64,000 nt of DNA from Cirrosporium novae-zelandiae. Its lineage: Eukaryota. Under the pieces are notes generated by a model. It was not told where the DNA came from and ran no database searches. It saw only the letters and a program-made list of their open reading frames with translations. A program made the position numbers and the translations under genes. Shown piece by piece: positions 36,690-49,072 of this stretch (positions are counted from its first letter, which is position 1; every line of letters starts with the position of its first letter). The stretch is taken from the NCBI GenBank assembly GCA_026023565.1, contig JAPETS010000001.1, forward strand, positions 310,001 through 374,000, given 5' to 3'.

Positions 36690-36930
36690 CCTCGGTCTGT
36701 GATATCGAATAATTAAATGTCTACGGCGCCTTTAGATCCAAGCTCCGAACTATACGAGACTTTTTATCATGTCATAGCTGCCTCTTTACACAGCCGTGAC
36801 AGCGTGCACAGTACGATTGACATTTGACAAGTGAGAACGAATCGGTGGTTTTTAGTCTTATTTGTTACTGGCTCGGAGCTTCACCCAGAACAAGTCTCTC
36901 GACCGTCATTTTTATTTAAAATTGCCTCGG
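36690..36930 (+). promoter_or_regulatory. Two CCTCGG motifs (FarA/FarB-Ctf1 type fatty-acid response elements) upstream of the thioesterase
   Basis: CCTCGG at 36690-36695 and 36925-36930, upstream of a PTS1-bearing fatty-acid metabolism gene. Confidence 0.45.
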
Positions 36931-37134
36931 CAAGGAAACTCATCGTCGCAACTTGCGCAATTTTATTTACTGCAGCAAACCTCTTACGGAGCTGGATCAT
37001 TTCTCGTATTCCATGTCTCATAAGTCATTCTCTTCCAATACTTATCATTCAAAATGCTATTTTAGTATCCTGTTGATTATCCTTTGTCATTATTCTTGTA
37101 CATTACTTTTATCCTTCATCGGGAAGATTACACA

Positions 37135-38280
37135 ATGTCAACACATCCGACTCTCGTCAGGCCCCCTCCACTCGACCCCTCTAAATCAGCGATTGAAAAT
37201 GTTCTGGAACTGACACCGTTGTTAGATATTGGGCCTGTCGGTTATTGTCTTCCATAGTCTTCATCTCCAGAAATGTTATATTCTGACCCTAGTTGCTGGT
37301 AGGACATATACACGAATACCCGACCCCTTTGGCATCCACCTGGGGCGCGAGGCATCTATGGCGGAGCCGTCATCGCGCAATGCCTGAGCGCTGCTCAACG
37401 AACGGTGCCAGACAATTTCACCGTTCACTCCATGCACTGCTATTTTGTCCTAGCTGGTAACTCAGAAATCCCCATCGTTTATCATGTCGAACATGTCCGC
37501 GAGGGTAGGAGCTTCGCAACAAGAACTGTACAAGCTAGACAGAAGGGGCAGCCAATATTTACAACCACAATGAGTTTTGTAAGAGAGGGCAGCGGTGGAC
37601 CGAAGACGGTTGAACACGCGACGTCAATGCCGCCGCAGGCTCCAAAACCAATAGACGAAAGCCTTTCACGTTTGCCTGAAGGGGAAGAATCACCTTTCAT
37701 TGCTCAAAGGTTTCCCATTCGGGATGATGGTTCCTTGAAACCACACGAGAAACGTGTATGGCAATGGAGCAAGGCTAGAGGATCAATATCCGCTGAGGGG
37801 GGCCATCAGGAACACCTTTCAGCCCTGGCCTACATGTCCGACAGCTTTTTTATCGGCACCGTATCCCGTGTTCACAATCTTTGGCGCTTTAGCTCACCTC
37901 AGAAAACGCCGTCGCCATCGAAAGACAAAGAGAAAGTCAAAATGGCAAAGCTGGAGAGCCAAGAGAACGAAAAGAATCTTCTAGAGATACGGAACAGACC
38001 CCAGATTGGGATGATGGTCAGTCTTGATCATACAATTTTCTTTCACAACCCGAGGGCATTTCGGGCAGACGAGTGGATGTTTACCGAAATGGAGAGCCCC
38101 TGGGCAGGAGATGGGAGAGGACTGGTCATGCAGAAGATATGGTCCAAGGATGGGGTTCTGGTTGCTACCTGCGTGCAAGAGGTATGTTAAAGTGCATAAA
38201 CTCTAAACGGCCTTGCTGACACAATATAGGGAGTGGTTCGACTCAAGCAGCATGGATCAGAATCAAAGAGTAAGCTTTAA
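37135..38280 (+). CDS. TES1: Peroxisomal acyl-CoA thioesterase II (TesB/PTE1 family), 3 exons
   Basis: Motifs PPGARGIYGGAVIAQ, VHSMHCYF, VREGRSFATRTVQARQ, ALAYMSD, MVSLDH.IFFH and GVLVATCVQEG. The last exon ends ...SESKSKL* (PTS1). Confidence 0.92.
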
Positions 38281-38652
38281 GGCGCCTTTTTGCATAATAC
38301 CCATTAGTCACATTACGGCGGGTTGTGCATACCTTTTATGTAATATATTTCGAACTTGATTATCAGTACCACTGCCTTCGACTGGCAGCAGGGGAAATAT
38401 GGTACAACTAGGCGTCTATAGAGTATAGCCTGAGATAAGAGATTCTAAGCAACTTCTTTGTTTGGATTTGGTGTGTTTAGAGGGATGGATGCTATTTAAC
38501 AGATTGACAACTCTTTGTTTAGATTGTAGGTAAATAGAAGGCATGGCCATGGAAAAGCCTCGCCAATAAGCTCTCTAGATTAAATATACAATAGACCATT
38601 CGATTGATTTATTTGCACACTACCATACCACGTAATAAAACAGGAACAAAGT

Positions 38653-38713
38653 CCGGCTATCGGAGTTTATTTTTCTTCCCCACACTACGTTTTGTGGGGC
38701 TAATAAGAGTCAT
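38653..38713. promoter_or_regulatory. Candidate Leu3/LeuB (CCG-N5-CGG) and Gcn4/CpcA (TGACTC) sites upstream of LEU4
   Basis: CCGGCTATCGG at 38653-38663 and GAGTCA (reverse complement TGACTC) at 38707-38712, about 170-230 bp before the ATG. Confidence 0.5.
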
Positions 38714-38882
38714 CCATCATAACTGACTGTTCTGACTGTACTGTATAGGTACAAATATTTTCAGTTCACACATTTTTTTTTCATTCTCTTCATCCCAACT
38801 CAAAAAATCCAACTTCACCTGAAAGGGCATTCATTATAAGGCTCAATCTATTGTTAGCTATCCCTTCAGCACAGCGCCCAAG

Positions 38883-40974
38883 ATGCCTATGTAAGTATAC
38901 CCCTCCAATCGCACAAAACATTATTTATCTAATAATTCCAATGCGATAGGCTCAAGGAACCTTGGAAGAAGTACCGCGCTTTTAAGCCTCTAGATCTTCC
39001 TAATCGCCAATGGCCCTCAAAACAAATTATAAAAGCTCCACGGTGGCTATCAACCGACCTTAGAGATGGAAACCAGAGTCTGGTTGATCCAATGGTGGGT
39101 TTGTCGCATCCCACCTCCGCCTAAATATATATTTTCAAAATATGATAGATAGCTGACAAGCCGGCGCATAGGATGGAGAACAAAAACTCCGCTACTTTCG
39201 AATGCTTGTCCAACTTGGCTACAAGGAAATTGAAGTATCTTTCCCATCCGCCTCGCAAACAGACTTTGATTTCACCAGACATCTGGTCGAAACTCCGGGA
39301 GTTGTGCCGGATGACGTATGGCTTCAAGTTCTGTCACCATGTCGCGAGGACTTTATAAAGAGAACAGTGGACTCCTTGAAGGGCACTAAAAAGGCCATTC
39401 TACATCTTTATCTTGCAACTAGCGAATGCTTTCAACGAATTGTCTTCGGTTTCAACCAAGAACAAGGGATTGATCTCGCAGTCAAATGTACCAAATATGC
39501 GCGTTCCATTACCAAGGATGACCCATCCCAGAAGGATACGGAATGGGCCTACGAATTTTCTCCCGAAACCTTCTCCGACACCTCCCCAGAATATGCCGTC
39601 CGCATCTGCGAAGCTGTCAAGGCAGCGTGGGAACCTTCAGAGGAAAACCCCATCATATTCAATCTTCCGGCGACTGTCGAAATGTCTACTCCAAATGTCT
39701 ATGCTGATCAGATCGAATATTTCTGTACTCACATGACCGAACGGTCCAAATTTGCCGTCTCCCTCCATCCACATAATGACCGTGGCTGTGCCGTTGCCGC
39801 TGCTGAACTTGCCCAAATGGCCGGTGCTGATCGTGTAGAGGGGACACTCTTTGGCAATGGGGAACGAACTGGAAACGTCGACCTCGTAACTCTAGGTTTG
39901 AATCTGTATACCCAGGGTGTCCCCCCAAAGATTGATTTTTCCAACATTAATTCCATAATTGACGTTGTTGAATCAAGTACCAAAATTCCTGTCCATGCTC
40001 GCGCCCCCTATGGTGGTCAATTGGTCGTTTGCGCCTTCTCTGGCTCCCATCAAGATGCGATTAAAAAAGGGTTCACGGCTCGCAAAGCTGCCAGAGCAAC
40101 ATCCGATACTCCTTGGCAATTGCCATATCTGCCCCTCGACCCACAGGATATTGGTCGTACGTATGAAGCTATTATTCGTGTCAACTCTCAGTCCGGAAAA
40201 GGCGGCGTTGCTTGGATTATTCAACGAAGCCTGGAGCTCGACCTTCCTCGTGGTCTTCAAATTGCCTTTTCGAAAATTGTTCAAAAGCAGGCAGAACTTG
40301 TAGGCCGAGAGCTCAAACCTGCGGAAATTACGAATCTGTTTGTTGACTCGTATCACCTACGCACCAATCCTCGTGTACATCTAGTAGATTACCGAATCAC
40401 AACCGACAGGGAACCATCTCCTGCCCCCCCTCCATCAATTCCAAATGGAAAGGAAAGTAAGAAAGCCCGAGACACCCGAAAGAGAAATTTCTTCGGGACT
40501 GTCACCGTCGATGGCATCCCACACGAACTTAGCGGAACGGGTAATGGAGCTCTTTCTTCACTCGCTAATGCTCTCAAGAAGGTCGGTATTCATCTCGATG
40601 TGCTGGATTACAAGGAACATTCTATTGGGCCTAGCCGAGACACGAAGGCTGCAACATATATCGAATGCTCAGGTGAAGGTCTAGATTCTGATGGCAAGAG
40701 GGTATGGGGCGTGGGGATTCATGAGGATGTTGTCCAAGCTTCTTTGATTGCCCTATTGAGTGCGGCATCTAGTTTCCTGTCATCGAGACCATCAACACCA
40801 ATGCTTTTCCTACCCAAACCAACACAACATTTGAACGATGGAGAGAATGGACCTCAAATCGAGATCAAGCTTGACGAGGCTGAGAAGATGGATGCAGGAG
40901 ATGGCGAGAATGCAGATAGCTATCTCGATGGAGATAAGGTTGGCAGCCTCCATGAGAGGAGAGGGAGGGTATAA
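38883..40974 (+). CDS. LEU4: 2-isopropylmalate synthase
   Basis: 8-nt first exon (38883-38890), then [61 protein letters not shown] and [11 protein letters not shown]. Confidence 0.97.
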
Positions 40975-41576
40975 ATATTAAAAGTAATGTATATATAACC
41001 AAAAGTGACTTGTTTTTTTCACATGATCTCTTGCTGGTTTTTGGGTTTCTAACACGAGGCTAGGAACTGTATAATGTGCATGAAGAGAAGGTAAAATACA
41101 CAAGGAACGAGAAAAAGGAAGAAAATCACTCAATTTGAAATTGGGAATTCTGACGCATTTAGGGTTGATGCCTTGATATAGACTACCAAAAAAGCATTAG
41201 GATACGTACCAGTATGGACTTTCAGCTATAATTTTTAATGTAGTAGAGAAACAGCAAAGCAGAATAGAAAGTTATGAAAGGAGGTTATGTATATATTAAC
41301 ATGTTGGGGTGAAGCGATATCGGATGTTTCTCCGCGTAGTAAGACTGGGCGGTGAGAAATCCCTCCAATACTTGCCAATAGAGTAATTTGGTCAGTGAGC
41401 TTATCGCAATCGCATCTGACTCGAATACATTTCCTACCGTTGAACATCAAATCCTTTAAAATTCAGTCCTCATTTTACCTTTACCGATAATTGTATTCAG
41501 TGGCGCCTCTGAATAGGGGATCATCCTGGACCCTGTCCGTCCTGACAAGATCGAACTGAACAGATAACCCAACGCA

Positions 41577-42997
41577 ATGTCGTCATCAATCCCAGGTACT
41601 CGCGACCTTCCGGTCTCGCGACACAATTTGGACACTTATTGGGGACGTGTGTGTCATTCCGCTGAGATATCAGATCCTAGGTGAGAAACTGAATGCAAAG
41701 CATTGGTGGTGGGATATGGAATAGGGAGTGAAGCTGGAAAACCACCTCACCAATGCCATGGTGTGGTAGGTATACTGCAGATAAACAATCGGTCTTATCC
41801 TCCATTGAGATGTGTCAGTCGAATGAGTAGATGCACAGCTTATATGGCCTGATGCTGATTATGCCTCTTCCCTATAGAACTCTTCTGGTTTCTTCTTCGG
41901 GTCTTGAACAAGCGAAAAAATTGATTGCACAATACAAGCAAGGAAGCATTAGAGAGATGAATCAAGAGCTATGGCACGCCAAGAAAGTTGTAGACTCGAC
42001 CTTGCATCCAGGTGAGCAAGATCAATTGAATGATGATAGCTGTTTTCTGATCCCTTCTAGATACTGGCGAACCAGTTTTTTTACCGTTCAGAATGTCATG
42101 TTTTGTTCTCTCAAATCTGGTGGTCACTGCTGGCATGCTAACCCCAGGTCTTCAGGTAATTTTTTAGACATATCCTCAGCCTAAGAGCGTCACAGCTAAC
42201 GGCCTCCTAGACAACAGGTACACTACTTTGGCAAATTGCCAACCAATCCCTTAATGTGGCCATCAATGCGTCCAACGCCAACAAATCTACCCCTCTTTCC
42301 ACCTCTACCATGGTAAAATCCTACTTTGTAGCCGTTTCGGCCTCCTGTTCGGTGGCGTTGGGTCTCAATGCCCTCGTCCCTAGATTAAAGCGACTTTCCC
42401 CTAGTACCAAAATTATCCTGACACGCCTCGTACCATTTGCGGCTGTAGCGTCCGCTGGCGCCTTGAACGTCTTCTTGATGCGAGGAGAAGAAATAAGACG
42501 GGGAATCGATGTATACCCTGTTCTCAGTGAGGCAGAAAAAGAAAAGAAAGAACGAACGGGAGATGAAGTGAAAAGCCTGGGGAAGAGTAAAAAAGCAGCG
42601 GTGATGGCGGTAGGTGAAACTGCCATAAGCAGAGTCTTGAACGCAACCCCTATCATGGTCATTCCTCCCTTGATCTTGGTGAGATTACAACGCACAGCGT
42701 GGCTACAAAAAAGACCTCGGATGATATTACCTCTTAATCTAGGTATGTATGAACGGTATAAGCATAATATCCAACACCTTAAACTCGAACACCCCCCCAA
42801 GGCTCGAAAACACCCTCGTAAAAATAGAAAGTTAACTTTGTAAAACAGGACTCATCCTAACCACCTCTATATTTGCACTTCCTCTCGCCTTGGCGGCCTT
42901 CCCTCAACGCCAAGCAGTACATGCCAAGTCCTTGGAACCCGAATTTTGGAATAAAGCTGGAAAAGACGGAAAAGTGGAGTTTAACAGAGGCATATAA
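41577..42997 (+). CDS. FSF1: Sideroflexin / mitochondrial tricarboxylate-serine carrier, 5 exons
   Basis: Motifs TYWGRV, STLHPDTGE..FLPFRMS, WQIANQSLN..IN..NAN, RLVPFAAVA...NVFLMR..E, ETAISRV, ALAAFPQ and VEFNRGI*. Confidence 0.92.
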
Positions 42998-43314
42998 CTA
43001 CCTAGGTATATAATGATAAAAAAACGGATAAAGGGAACTTTCTGGAAATAGAAAGACAGGTTGGATAATAATAATAAACGCACTCACTTCCCATATCTAT
43101 TCTCTTTTTAATAACATGTGCTTGAACCGAGATATATAGACAAGCCCGCCTAGGTAGACGACTACTGATATAGAAGGCTTGATTTTATATGAAATTCATA
43201 CGCAGTTTCCCTGCTTAGGGTACTATATGCTATTTGGAGTGAAAGTGACTAAATATTTATATAGGAAGATGTTAGTTGGGAGTTGTGATATGAGATTTAT
43301 TGCGTTTTGGATAT

Positions 43315-44238
43315 CTATTTAGGAGCGTGTAACAAATCTTTGACGCTTTCTCCTTTCAACCAAGCGGCGCCAGCCTCATAAAGCTCATCGTGGGCTGTGC
43401 CATTTCGTTCTGGAAGACCCATGAGGATCGGGTGTCCGAGATATGCTTGTCCGTACGATAAGCTGATTTTATGTTAGCTGGGAGTTCATGATGCGCCGAG
43501 AGTAAGTGAGAGGTAGGACTCGGAACTTACTATTGATAGCCTTCAGGGTACTTCTCAAGTTCCGCGCGGTCAATCTTAGGGAGCCGCAGAGGGTCAACAG
43601 GAATCATCTTATCCTTGGCATAAATGAGCTTGACATAATTTGTCTTCCAGTCGTTGTTGAATTTGGGGTCTTTGTATGTGAAGAACCAGAATTGGCTGTC
43701 GCACTCAATATCGACTGCCACCTCGCCATTTCCATCTTGGGCTGGAAGCATGAATCGTTGAGTGATGACGGCCTTCATCTTCCCTAGGCCCCTCTTGCCT
43801 GCAGCGGGCCCTGAGGTTGCAACATCGCATGTCACTCCGCATGCGCGGTGCATGATCCAGTCTCCGTTTTTGAAGCCCTCAACAGATACTCTAATGAAGT
43901 CGTCAATGTGGCGGCCCGATGACCAGGTGGTGAAGACGTAGCCATCTTCACCGAACAAGGCGCGGTATTTTTCCCATTCACAGGCATCGCGATGGCTAGG
44001 CCAGCCTAGAGACCGGGGCGGAATCAGCATTGAATTAATACCATTGCGGGGATAGAATTGTAGGCTCACCCTCGCACATCTCCCGAATCTTGAACCGGTC
44101 TAGAGCGACATCGTCGGTACCGTTGACTGCAATTTTGGTTTAGCAAATGTCGGTCATAGATGTATAGATCAGGCGCGGCATACTTGAGACGGATGTAGTT
44201 GGAAGGACGGGCTGCTCTCCTGCGTTTGGGTGAACCAT
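43315..44238 (-). CDS. PEP2-like (pea pathogenicity protein 2) SnoaL/NTF2-fold protein, 4 exons
   Basis: Motifs DRFKIREMCEGWP.HRD..EW, VFTTWS, IMHR, KMKA.ITQRF, D.ECD..F.FF, YAKDK and GYQ.L.Y.Q...G......LP. Confidence 0.8.
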
Positions 44239-45242
44239 TTTGAGCAAAAGAAATCTATATATAACGTATAGAGATCAAATCTAGGTATATATAGTAAAAG
44301 TGTATGCATCAACAAACAGGAAATTGTGATGATGGAGACGTTTGGAAGGAGAAGCAAGCCATCTTTATATGCCTGAAGGATGAATGACAATTCGCAATAT
44401 TTCCCGCCATCAAATAGCCCGGTTTGTGTCCACATTCAATGAAAGCACAAGGGATCAGGCCAAAGGAGGAGAATGAGAAGATTTCGGCATTTCCCCATCA
44501 AGCACTACGGTTATTGAAACTAAGGGCAAAGGTATACGGCATCCAAAGAGCAAATCATAGTAATACATCGGAAAAGTCATAGTCCCCCCACAATCCCGTA
44601 TGTCAATGCCGTTTAATGGGCATACCGTGATGAGATGACATTGGCGGGGCGATGTGCTTGAGTTCGCGCCGAGTAAGGCATGCGAGGGGAAGAGCGGAAG
44701 CGAGAAACGGCATATGACAGAATTTCTCCCTCAGGGCAAAGATTTAGAGGATTTTCATGGAGTCGGATGGGGCCGAAAAGTTTAAGGTGGGGTAAAGTAC
44801 TTGTAGGAGGTTTCATTATCATCAATTCCCAAAGAATATCTAGATAATTAACGAGTCCACAACGCAAAGGTCTTTCTCCATGTCTACGTGTAGTCTTACG
44901 ATGACAAAATCTGAAGATGAAGATTAGATTACAAAATCATGGTCGGATCTACAAAGTTCCGTCATCATTCCCTCTCTGCCTATCACTTGCCACACTAAAC
45001 CTTATTCGGATTTCAATAAGGACACCTCTTTATCCTGTTCGATACGCTGTGTAACAGCTGTAACTCGAATGAATTCCGTGTCCTCTTGACGGGCTCAAGC
45101 TTGATCAACCTATTTTTTCTATTATTTACAGTTGTAACTGCTGTTTGTTCAAAGCGCATTACCTTCTCTAATTAGTTCTTTTATTTGTTACACTTCTCTT
45201 GTTGGGGGAGTCGTGGAGGATTCCTAAAAGACATCTCTCAAA

Positions 45243-47611
45243 ATGTCGACGGATTATAATTACGATGAACAGGTAGAAACTTCAGTCTTGTGCTGGATAG
45301 GCGATACCAGAACACATATCTGACAAATTTTAGGGACAATTTTTTCCCTTCTTCATTCTTACACTCTCTGGCCTTGTCACCATTCCCTTAACTATTTCCC
45401 TTCTGAGGCCAACAAAGGGTATTTGGTCTTTTCCACTTGTATACCCCTCGGGTTATTTCTGATACATATCAATCTATAGAACTAGAAAATACTGCCCCGA
45501 GAATCAAGTCCGATTTCAAACCAGATCATGCCGACCTTATTGATGGACAAAAGCGCAAACAAAAGCGCCGGGAAAGACGGGTGAAAAGAACCATTACAGT
45601 CATCATAGGATGGGCTCTCATCGCCTATATGATGTACCTCATCATTACAACCCAGAGGACCTTACCCAAGTTATGGGATCCATACACAATCTTGGGCATC
45701 TCAAGGGTACGCCTTACAACACTTCCCTTGCTTGCAGATTCTAACCTCGTCATGTATCATAGTCCGCGGATGAGACTGCCATCAGAAAACATTACAAACG
45801 GCTCTCCTTGAAATTTCACCCCGATAAAATTAGACCAAATGCCGCCCTTAATGAAACCGTGGAAATGCTCAACGACCGTTTCGTGGAAATCACGAAAGCC
45901 TATAAAGCATTGACAGATGAAGACATTAGAAATAATTTCATAAAATACGGCCACCCAGATGGGAAGCAAAGTTTCAGTATTGGAATTGCCTTGCCAAAAT
46001 GGATTATTATGGAGGGAAATGGAAAATATGTGATACTTGTATACGGGGTTTTGCTCGGTGTCATGCTGCCATACATTGTCGGTCGTTGGTGGTATGGAAC
46101 TCAAAGGATGACAAAAGAAAAGGTCTTGGTTGCAAGTGCGGGTAGACTCTTCCAAGAGTACAAGGAGGACATGTCCGCAGGAGGTGTCGTGGGTGCTCTG
46201 AGTGCAGGTGAGGAATTTAAACATATCTTAAAGGGCAACAAGGCGGATACTGGCCTAGAAAAAGTAGAGACAAGGGTACTGCAAAAGAATCCTGAAGAAT
46301 CATCGGCTAGAGTTTTGAATATTGATGACGAGGAAAAACTAAAGGATCTTGATGGTGCCCAGAGGAAGGCTCTGGGCCTGTTGTGGGCATATCTTGGGCG
46401 TGTGGAGCTTGATGACACCACACTAAATGATGGTAAGTGAGAGTCTATCCATAAGTTAGGATATGCATTTCTAATTTATCCCAGAAAAATTCGAAGTAGC
46501 GCCTACGGCACTCGCTCTCACGGAGGCTTTCTCAACAATCGCCCTTGCCTTCATGAATGTTGCATCTGTTCTTGCTACTTTCCGAACCTTTCAACATTTG
46601 ATCCAGGCAGTTCCTCCACATTGGTCGCAGCTGCTTCAACTCCCTTATTTCACTCAAGCTATCGTAAAGGCAGTCGACGGGGAGGATTCTCGAGCTCCAA
46701 TGACACTCCAACAATTCATGGCTATTCCTGAAGCAAAGCGGAAGAGCCTTGTAGTTGGTCCCAACCTCAGCGAAAGCCAGTTTAATAGTTCTATGGCCGT
46801 CGCCAAACAGTTTCCAGTAATGAAAATCGACAACGCATTTTTCAAGGTCATGGGAGAGCGCTTCATTACTCCAAGCAGCCTTGTTCAGTTTGTCATCAAA
46901 TTCCGCTTTGTGCCTTTGGGTACCACTAATCTTCCGGCCGTCAACGGCAAGGATCTTGAGGACGTTGACCCCGAGGAAGGCGATCTTGATGCTCTACTTG
47001 GAAGAAAGTCGAAGTCCGAAGGTCCCAAGCAGAAACCTGTCCAGCCCCCATTAACACATGCCCCGTATTTTGCCCGTGATCGATCACCCCGATGGCATGT
47101 ATTCCTCACAGATCCTAGGCAGGGCAAGTTGGCCGTCCCTCCTTTTACATTTACCACATTCGAAAAACCCATATTTACCGAAGATGGTGAGCCGACATTC
47201 AATGTACAAACGATGAAAATGCAATTCCAAGCACCGCCACAGGCCGCAGAATATCTCTTTTCCGCGTATATTGTTTGTGATAGTTACATTGGTCTGGATA
47301 CTAAACTGGATGTGGCTATGAAAGTGGATCCTATGGAAAAAGCGACCAAATTTGAAGAGGAAGAAGAGATTAGTGAACCAGAAGAAGGTAAGGTTTCATC
47401 AGTTTTAGATTACTTCAAGGTTCAAATGCTAACCCCGCTTGTAGACTCTTTAGCTGGTCAAATGCAGGCCTTGAAAACTGGTGGACTGTCAGGAGCGCCT
47501 CCAAAGAAGAAATCCAAAAAGAAGGTGGACCAATCTTCTGATTCTGACAGTGATACAGAAGAAGAAGAGAGCGAAACAGATACGGATACAGACACGGATA
47601 CTGATGAATAA
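45243..47611 (+). CDS. SEC63: ER translocon J-domain subunit Sec63
   Basis: Motifs MSTDYNYDEQGQFFPFFILT, WDPY.ILGI, J-domain KFHPDK...KAYKALTDE, YGHPDGKQSFSIGIALP, a Sec63/Brl domain and an acidic C-terminus. Multiple GT-AG introns. Confidence 0.96.
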
Positions 47612-49072
47612 AAAAATATGATGCTTGTATAGAGTATTTTCAGAAAATGATCCCGGCGTTAGCCACGTGTTGAAGATATGAAAAGTTGGTAGCAGTAGGG
47701 CAGGAAGGATCTCACTTCAGCCAGGGGGTCTGGGGATGATTGTGGAACCGCACGGATGGTGGAACCAGTCTAAAAGGCTTGAATTGGTAGGAGTCGACAT
47801 CCATGCTAGAATTGGGGGCTCATTTTATTTAACTGGGGACGTCGCCTGAGGAACCATAGTACCAGGTGGACCTCTGTGAGTATTCAAGCATGTTTACTGA
47901 GAGGTGTCAGAGGTGTGGGCTCGGACTGAGTTAGAGGCGAGAGTATACTTAAGTGAAAGTAATAGTTAGATTATGCAAAGATGCTAGACCAGCTACAGCA
48001 AAATGAGAATATCGATGACGCGTCCATAAGGGCTAGAATGATATCCCGATTTTAAACTTCTATTGATGCTTATCTTAAAAGATTTTTTGGGAAAAGATAG
48101 ATCCAGTTTAGCCCAGCCATTTCAGCGTTAAGATTGAGTTAGGACGGGCTGTTCCTCCTTGGAATAAATTAGGGAGAACAGGCGAGATTTCGGGACGGGT
48201 ATAAGATTCTAACCAGTTATAGAGTGTATGCACTTCTCTTTTAGGATTAATGGAAGACACTCGGGTGTATCGGGGTTAATATCTAGGCAATAAAGTCTAA
48301 AAGCTGTTCTCGTCCTCGCCTCCAGACCATCCATGTCCATTATTCATGCATTTTCAAACACCATCATCTCCTTTCTATATATGACCAATCTGGAAATTCG
48401 AAAAAGAGCACCGTCAACCTAGAGACTAGAGTCCTAGACCTTTCACAAATGAGCTACTATTCCTTTGTATTTTGCGAAAACTACTTTGATGACTAAATGT
48501 TTCTTTCTATGTCTGCAGCATGTATCTCTATGTCAGTGATTACATCGTCTCTGAATGTTCTAGGTGTGTTTAGTTCAGAAACACAGTGGAGTGTTTCAAG
48601 GAAAAATTCACTAGATATATTATGTATACGAAAAGCGATACAGGTGAAGTTTAGTCCCAAAAACTTCCACGAAAAGTTATCAAGGCTAATCCAACCTATC
48701 AAAGCCACACAGAGTTTAGAATTCCGGCGTTACCGTCGAGATACTTCTTGCATGACACTACCTCTGTATCCCATTATTTTTTCAGTAAAGCTAAGCTGGC
48801 TTTATTGATAATTTTCACTTGAGTCGAGGTTGCCTTAGTCGTCTCGATTATTCGATGAAGCCCAATTCTTCACTCAATTCCCTTATATCTGTGCTGCTCC
48901 CGTTTGCATTTTGCAACGTGATAATGCTTCTGTGAATACTGTCTTTATCATTTAATTCTCATACGAAGGCTGCACTCACTTGCTTTCTTTTTCCTCTATG
49001 TATTTGATTATTCTCCGCTCACTTCTATCACACTCATTTTTCAACATTTACATAACAATCTAACCCAACAAC

